Source: Desulfocapsa sulfexigens DSM 10523 (GTDB lineage: Bacteria; Desulfobacterota; Desulfobulbia; Desulfobulbales; Desulfocapsaceae). Taken from it: a DNA stretch of 32,000 nucleotides. Both the position numbers and the translations under genes were made by a program. Numbering within the stretch: position 1 is the stretch's first letter; every line of letters begins with the position of its first letter. Below, piece by piece: positions 26,774-32,000 of the stretch. A model generated the notes under the pieces. The model did not search any database and was not told the DNA's origin. It was given only the letters and a program-made list of their open reading frames with translations. The DNA is taken from the NCBI RefSeq assembly GCF_000341395.1, contig NC_020304.1, forward strand, positions 1,440,001-1,472,000, given 5' to 3'.

Positions 26774-27905
26774 AAAAATTTTACTGGTAGATGACGAACT
26801 CAACATATTGCAGTCCATGCAGCGGCAGTTGCGAAAACGTTTTGAGATCATGATTGCGGAGAGTGGAGATGAGGCCCTGGCGACTTTGCAAAATAAGGGG
26901 CCTTTTGCCGTGATTGTTTCGGATATGCGGATGCCTGGTATGGATGGGATACAGCTACTCACTAGAGTGAAGGACAGCTACCCTGACACCGTGCGCATAA
27001 TGCTCACGGGAAATGCTGATCAGGAAACTGCATCAGAGGCAGTGAATGCAGGTCAGATCTTTCGATTCCTGACCAAACCCTGTTCCACGGCGGTATTGGC
27101 GACTTCTCTTGCCCTGGCAGTGAGGCAGTATAATCTGCTCACCGCCGAAAAAGAACTCCTCAACAAAACCGTGAAGGGGAGTATCACGGTAATGGCCGAA
27201 TTGTTGAGTCTGGCTAATGCCACCGCTTTCAGCAGTGGTTACAGAATCAAACCCATGGTGACCGAGATTGCAAAAGAGCTTCAGTTACCAAGTCCCTGGC
27301 AGTATGAAGTGGCGGCACTGATGTCACAGATAGGCTGTATCACATTGCCCAGTGATGTTTTACATAAATTGCAAGCTGGTTTTCCTCTTACAGCTGAAGA
27401 ACGGCATATGTATGAGAATCATCCCAAGGTTGGCAGTAAGCTTATCCGCAAGATTCCTCGTCTGGAAAAAGTAGCGGAAATGATAGCAAATCAGCTGCAT
27501 TCTTTTGAGCACAATGAGGAGGAATCTCTGGATGAGGAGATAGTCATTGGCGCTGAAATTCTCAGAGCGACCATAGACTATGACCTTCTGCGTCAGCAGG
27601 ATATTGCACACCATCAGGCTATTGGAAAGATGCGCAAACAAGAGGAAAAGTATAACCCTGAAGTATTGGCCATACTTGGAAAACATGAACCAGAAGATGT
27701 CCACACGGCAATCAGAAATCTCTGTTTTAAAGACGTTATCCCCGGCATGATTGCAGTGGAAGATGTGTTTGCCAAGAATGGTGCCATGCTTATTTCAAAG
27801 GGACAGACGATTACCTGGCCTGTTATTCAGAGTCTTACTAATTTTGAAAAACAGATTGGCATTGTTGAGCCTATCCGGGTGCGTACTGCTGCTCTTGAAG
27901 AGTAA
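26763..27905 (+). CDS. Response regulator with degenerate HD-GYP-like output domain
   Basis: ILLVDDELNILQSMQRQLRKRF REC; ALMSQIGCITLPSDVLHK replaces the LLHDIGKIGIP signature; NHPKVGSKLIRKIPRLEKVAEMI. Start at 26763/26766 overlaps the upstream gene. Confidence 0.85.
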   Translation: MMTEKILLVDDELNILQSMQRQLRKRFEIMIAESGDEALATLQNKGPFAVIVSDMRMPGMDGIQLLTRVKDSYPDTVRIMLTGNADQETASEAVNAGQIFRFLTKPCSTAVLATSLALAVRQYNLLTAEKELLNKTVKGSITVMAELLSLANATAFSSGYRIKPMVTEIAKELQLPSPWQYEVAALMSQIGCITLPSDVLHKLQAGFPLTAEERHMYENHPKVGSKLIRKIPRLEKVAEMIANQLHSFEHNEEESLDEEIVIGAEILRATIDYDLLRQQDIAHHQAIGKMRKQEEKYNPEVLAILGKHEPEDVHTAIRNLCFKDVIPGMIAVEDVFAKNGAMLISKGQTITWPVIQSLTNFEKQIGIVEPIRVRTAALEE

Positions 27906-27922
27906 ACTGAGAGCAGACTGCG

Positions 27923-28534
27923 TTATTTAAGGGTGAGCAGTCGTGTGTAATCTTTTGGACTGTCGATATCAAAAACAACTCCATGGTCTTGTACTTCTAC
28001 GAGCTTCAGGTTTGCAGCGGGGTCTCTAAGGTGTTTCCGTGGTCCAGTATCACCGGTAAGAGCAAAAATTCTATCAAACCAGGCCACTGGAGTGATTACA
28101 GGGTTGCCACGCTGTCCCTGCCAGGATGGGGCTATCCAGCGTTCGGGTTCCCTGTGAAATACGGCGATCAGTCTTTCAATGGTGTTGGTACGCAGTAACG
28201 GTTGATCACCAAGGAGGAACATGGCACCGTTGCAGGGGGCGTCGAGTGCTCTGAGGCCGGTTTGCAGGGAGGAGCCGTAGCCACTCTGTGGATCAGGGGT
28301 TTCGACGACCAGTGCAGATCGCGTGTCAACGGCTCTACGAATCGCAGTGCTCTCTGGCCCGAGTACCAGAATAAGGGGAGACAGGGGGGAAAAATGGGCC
28401 GCATCAATAGCATGCTGGAGTATGGGTTTGCCGCCAAAGGGCAGCAGCAGTTTATTTCTCCCCATGCGTTGACTGTTTCCGGCGGCAAGGAGTATCCCCG
28501 GAAGAGGAGGTGCTGGTGTCATTGCAGCAGCCAT
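27923..28534 (-). CDS. mocA: MobA-like NTP transferase, molybdenum cofactor cytidylyltransferase (MocA/YgfJ) type
   Basis: GILLAAGNSQRMGRNKLLLPFGGKPILQHAIDAA, GMFLLGDQP-like AMFLLGDQPLL, GNPVITPVAWF, DTGPRKHLR, DIDSPKDY. Confidence 0.8.
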   Translation of the reverse strand: MAAAMTPAPPLPGILLAAGNSQRMGRNKLLLPFGGKPILQHAIDAAHFSPLSPLILVLGPESTAIRRAVDTRSALVVETPDPQSGYGSSLQTGLRALDAPCNGAMFLLGDQPLLRTNTIERLIAVFHREPERWIAPSWQGQRGNPVITPVAWFDRIFALTGDTGPRKHLRDPAANLKLVEVQDHGVVFDIDSPKDYTRLLTLK

Positions 28535-28535
28535 T

Positions 28536-29180
28536 TCACTCGATTTTTTTTAGATAGTTGTAAACAGTGCATTTGGTCACATCCATAAGCCTGGCAACTT
28601 CTTCAACGGCACCCTTGAACTGGAAGACACCGTTTTCCTTCATCTTTTGGATGAAGAGGGTCTTTTCGTCGATGGACATTGCTCCCGGCTGAGTGCCGAT
28701 ATCGTCAACTGCCTGACCGAAAAGGGTGCGTACGGTGTCAACGGCTGAGTTGGCAAAGGTTTCCTTGCTTGGGTATATTCCTGTATCGAGATCATGGATA
28801 AAGGGCAGCAGGGATTGGATGGCATTGAAGTAGGAAGTGGTGTCCAGGTTGATACAAAGGGCGGCGACTGCCTTGCCTTTACTGTTCTTAATAAGGGTTG
28901 CAGAGGATTTTAGACATCTGCCATCTGCTGTAACTGATTTGTAGTTATGTTTATGGTCACCTTCCTCTGAGCTCTGTTGCAGAAGCTTGACCAAAAGATT
29001 GGTAGCTGGGGCACCAGGACTTCTTCCAGTAACATCTCCTTTTATATAGACCAGAGATTTCTGAAGATCAGCCATGTTGTGTATGGTCACTTCACAGTTG
29101 GGTCCAAAAAGGGTCTGGATTGCATCTGCAGTTGCTCTGAGATTTTTGAAAATTTGTTCGTTTTCTGTCATTTTGCCCAT
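28536..29180 (-). CDS. YheO-like transcriptional regulator (PAS-like + HTH)
   Basis: ALCINLDTTSY, FGPNCEVTIHNMADLQKSLVYIKGDVTGRSPGAPATNLL, C-terminal FQFKGAVEEVARLMDVTKCTVYNYLKKI. Confidence 0.85.
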   Translation of the reverse strand: MGKMTENEQIFKNLRATADAIQTLFGPNCEVTIHNMADLQKSLVYIKGDVTGRSPGAPATNLLVKLLQQSSEEGDHKHNYKSVTADGRCLKSSATLIKNSKGKAVAALCINLDTTSYFNAIQSLLPFIHDLDTGIYPSKETFANSAVDTVRTLFGQAVDDIGTQPGAMSIDEKTLFIQKMKENGVFQFKGAVEEVARLMDVTKCTVYNYLKKIE

Positions 29181-29189
29181 GGTCTGGCC

Positions 29190-30428
29190 TTACCTTTTTC
29201 TACGATTTTCTTCACTGTCACTGTACTTTCCATACCACACCGCATCCCGAAACGCACGGGGGGAGGTGTTGCCCTCGGTGCTGACCAGAAGGACAACGGA
29301 GTTGTGGTCAAGTTCAAGTTGCTGGCGCAGTTGAGCAGCATTGCCCCCTTCAGACTCCATCAAAAGATGTACAAGGCCGGTGGTGACGGCTCCAGATTCC
29401 CCCGAGATAATAACCTCATCTCCCTTAAGGGGGGTTGCCAGAATCCGCATTCCTGTTGCGGCCAGGGAATCCGGACAGGAAACAAAGGCTGTGGCGTAAT
29501 CACGCAGCAATTCCCAGCTGATGGTGTTGGGTTCACCGCAGGCAAGACCTGCCATCAGGGTGCCAAGGTCACCGCTAACCGCATGGGCTTTGCCGTCTCC
29601 AACTCTTGCCGAGTGATAAATGCAGTTTGCCTTTTCTGGCTCAACGATGGTGACTTTTGGCATCTTTTCACCAAGACTTGAGGCGAGGAAACCAAGTACT
29701 CCTCCTGCAAAGGAACCAACTCCTGCCTGGAGAAAGACATGGGTAGGGGCTGCGACATTCTGTTCTCTCAGCTGCTCCATGGCCTCGACGGCCAAAGTCG
29801 CATAGCCCTGCATAATCCATGTCGGGATCTCTTCGTAACCCTTCCAGGCGGTATCCTGGACAATCACCCAGCCATTTTCCTCTGCCTTCTGTTTGGAGAA
29901 CCGGACGGCATCATCATAGGTGAGATCGGTAATGGAAGCCTCTGCGCCAAGTTCCACAATATTCCTGAGCCGAATTGGATCAGATCCTCTGGGCATGTAG
30001 ATAACAGCCTTTTGATGGAGTTGCCTGGCAGTCCAGGCCACGGCACGGCCATGGTTACCGTCAGTTGCCGTGGTAAAGGTTATGTCTCCAAGTTGCTTGC
30101 GGACCGTGTCGGAACACAGCTCGCGGCAGGAGATATCCGAGATGTCTCTGCCGAGTTTCCTGACCAGATAACGGCTGATTGCATAGGATGCTCCGAGTAC
30201 CTTAAAGGCATTGAGACCAAAACGGGAGGATTCGTCTTTAACAAAAAGTTTACCGAGCCTCAGGTAGTCAGCAAGTTGTGGTAGCTGAACCAGACCGCTT
30301 GGCTGGTATTCCTCAAAACCCTGGTGATAGGCACGAGCTCTTTCAGCTTCAAAAGAATTGAGGAGGTCGAGGGATACTCCCTGCCCGGGACGTTTACGGT
30401 TTTTATTGAAAACGTAGTCTATGGGCAT
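29190..30428 (-). CDS. ygeX: Diaminopropionate ammonia-lyase (PLP-dependent)
   Basis: LFVKDESSRFGLNAFKVLGASYAI, TFTTATDGNHGRAVAWTARQL, FLQAGVGSFAGGVLGFLAS, IISGESGAVTTGLVHLLM, STEGNTSP. Confidence 0.92.
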   Translation of the reverse strand: MPIDYVFNKNRKRPGQGVSLDLLNSFEAERARAYHQGFEEYQPSGLVQLPQLADYLRLGKLFVKDESSRFGLNAFKVLGASYAISRYLVRKLGRDISDISCRELCSDTVRKQLGDITFTTATDGNHGRAVAWTARQLHQKAVIYMPRGSDPIRLRNIVELGAEASITDLTYDDAVRFSKQKAEENGWVIVQDTAWKGYEEIPTWIMQGYATLAVEAMEQLREQNVAAPTHVFLQAGVGSFAGGVLGFLASSLGEKMPKVTIVEPEKANCIYHSARVGDGKAHAVSGDLGTLMAGLACGEPNTISWELLRDYATAFVSCPDSLAATGMRILATPLKGDEVIISGESGAVTTGLVHLLMESEGGNAAQLRQQLELDHNSVVLLVSTEGNTSPRAFRDAVWYGKYSDSEENRRKR

Positions 30429-30440
30429 TACTTCTCCTTT

Positions 30441-30818
30441 CTATGCGGCAGCGATTGCATCGATCTCAACCTTTGCCCCGAGCGGCAGGGCGGCGACCTG
30501 TACGGTGGCGCGGGCCGGATAGTCTCCTGTGAAAAAGCTGGCATACACTTCATTAACTGTGGCAAAGTCACCAAGATCGGTGACGAAGATACCACAACGA
30601 ATAATCTTCTCCATTGAGGAACCAGCTTCTTTGAGGATTGCTTTAATGTTTTCCATGCTCTGTCTGGTTTGGGCCTTGACATCGTCGTCCATCTTCTTGG
30701 TTTCCGGATGTAATGGTATTTGGCCCGACACATAGATGGTGTCGCCATACTGTACTGCCTGGGAGTAAGGGCCAATTGCAGCTGGGGCATTTTCGGTTGC
30801 GATGATTTTTTTGGACAT
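30441..30818 (-). CDS. ridA: RidA-family reactive imine/enamine deaminase
   Basis: MSKKIIATENAPAAIGPYSQAVQYGDTIYVSGQIPL, FFTGDYPARATVQVAALPLGAKVEIDAIA. Start trimmed from 30938 to ATG 30818 with AGGAG-like ribosome-binding site. Confidence 0.93.
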   Translation of the reverse strand: MSKKIIATENAPAAIGPYSQAVQYGDTIYVSGQIPLHPETKKMDDDVKAQTRQSMENIKAILKEAGSSMEKIIRCGIFVTDLGDFATVNEVYASFFTGDYPARATVQVAALPLGAKVEIDAIAAA

Positions 30819-31211
30819 ACTCAGGTCTCCTTGTGGTGGGTAGGTTACCGGTGTCACTTTGCTGTGTGAATGTGACCGGACAGGATTATATGAAAAACAC
30901 TCTATTTTATAATTTTTTAAAATTCCCCTGACAAGCAAAAAATGGTTGGAGTGAAGTTTTCTGGTCGGAGTTCTGGTTTGTTTGAGTTTGTTAACTAAAT
31001 GTAATCTCGAAATTGTAACGGTTTTATGCTTCTGTGTAGGGGAGCGTTGGTCGGGGGGATGTTTTAAAAGAAAGTTGACACAAAACTATACATTTTGTAA
31101 AAATATTGGATGGTGAATAGTTTTGAAAATTATTTGCACGGCTCCTTCGTATCACCCTGATTAGTGTTTGATGTGGAGGAGAACTCACACAAATAGAGAG
31201 TAAAAAAACAC

Positions 31212-32000
31212 ATGACAACACTTGATTTTGATAAAATAAATGAGCTTGCAAAGCGCTATGAACCGGAGATGACACGATTCCTCCGGGATATGGTTGCCAT
31301 TCCCAGTGAGAGCTGTAATGAAGAGAAGGTTGTTCTTCGTATCAAAGAGGAGATGGAAAAGGTTGGTTTTGATAAGGTTGAAATCGATCCCATGGGAAAT
31401 GTTCTTGGCTTTATTGGTTCCGGGCCACGTCTTATCGCTTTCGATGCCCATGTTGATACCGTTGGGGTTGGTGTTGCCGGAAACTGGAAATTTGATCCCT
31501 ATGAAGGCTATGAAGATGATGAGTGCATAGGTGGCAGGGGGACTTCGGACCAGGAGGGGGGCATGGCCTCCATGGTCTATGGTGGGAAAATCATCAAAGA
31601 TCTGGGCCTTGGGGATGATTATACCGTGGTTATGGTGGGTACAGTCCAGGAAGAGGACTGTGATGGTCTCTGCTGGCAGTATCTTATTAAAGAACGTGGT
31701 TTGAAACCGGAGTTTGTGGTCTCCACCGAACCCACCGATGGCGGTATTTATCGTGGCCAGCGTGGTCGTATGGAGATTCGGGTCGATGTGGAGGGGATCT
31801 CCTCTCATGGTTCCGCTCCCGAACGAGGCGACAATGCAATTTTTAAGATGGCAAAGATACTGGGTGAGTTGGAACTACTGCACACCAGGCTGGCAGATGA
31901 TACCTTTCTTGGGAAAGGATCACTCACCGTTTCCCAGATATTCTACACCTCTCCCTCACGTTGTGCCGTGGCCGATGGTTGTGCTGTCTCCATTGACAGG
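31212..32000 (+). CDS. ygeY: YgeY-like selenium-metabolism-associated M20 hydrolase (runs off the window)
   Basis: Hand translation from ATG 31212: [41 protein letters not shown]...[14 protein letters not shown]...[22 protein letters not shown]...[17 protein letters not shown]...[47 protein letters not shown]. Open to window end; not in the ORF track. Confidence 0.88.
   Translation, partial: MTTLDFDKINELAKRYEPEMTRFLRDMVAIPSESCNEEKVVLRIKEEMEKVGFDKVEIDPMGNVLGFIGSGPRLIAFDAHVDTVGVGVAGNWKFDPYEGYEDDECIGGRGTSDQEGGMASMVYGGKIIKDLGLGDDYTVVMVGTVQEEDCDGLCWQYLIKERGLKPEFVVSTEPTDGGIYRGQRGRMEIRVDVEGISSHGSAPERGDNAIFKMAKILGELELLHTRLADDTFLGKGSLTVSQIFYTSPSRCAVADGCAVSIDR

Noticed and set aside
28202-28588. 128-aa ORF antisense to mocA.
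   Set aside because: mocA has clear nucleotidyltransferase motifs on the opposite strand; the antisense ORF has none.
1-32000. CRISPR arrays, phage, transposase, toxin-antitoxin, retron or defence-type modules.
   Set aside because: No regularly spaced repeats and no ORF with such signatures seen. All major ORFs are respiratory, cofactor, signalling or catabolic genes.

Overview
The window looks chromosomal and comes from an anaerobic, probably sulfate-reducing deltaproteobacterial-type genome (inference from gene content). From left to right it holds: (1) the N-terminus of a ZraS/HydH-like sensor kinase and a ZraP/Spy-like periplasmic protein with a sigma54-type promoter; (2) a minus-strand formate dehydrogenase locus (cytochrome b subunit, Fe-S subunit, Tat-exported selenocysteine catalytic subunit split in the ORF track by an in-frame UGA with a bacterial SECIS hairpin, a small fdhX-like Tat protein, a TorD-like chaperone, a polyferredoxin); (3) immediately upstream, a PilZ-like protein, a NarL-type regulator, a Cache-containing kinase and a periplasmic binding protein; (4) a GAF/PAS hybrid kinase; (5) a stand-alone CO dehydrogenase (cooS) with a CooA-like heme-sensor candidate and a well-placed palindromic operator; (6) fdhD; (7) cobI and exported cbiK under a cobalamin riboswitch with a terminator platform; (8) a four-gene soluble phosphorelay in which every protein starts with REC; (9) a mocA-like / YheO-like / diaminopropionate ammonia-lyase / RidA / YgeY cluster resembling the selenium-linked yge locus. 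I found no CRISPR array, tRNA, rRNA or transposase. The best leads for something undescribed are the dense structured region at 15932..16163, the CooA-like protein lacking the switch cysteine, the binding-protein/two-component/FDH supercluster, and the REC-first phosphorelay. None of these has been shown here to be a new system.
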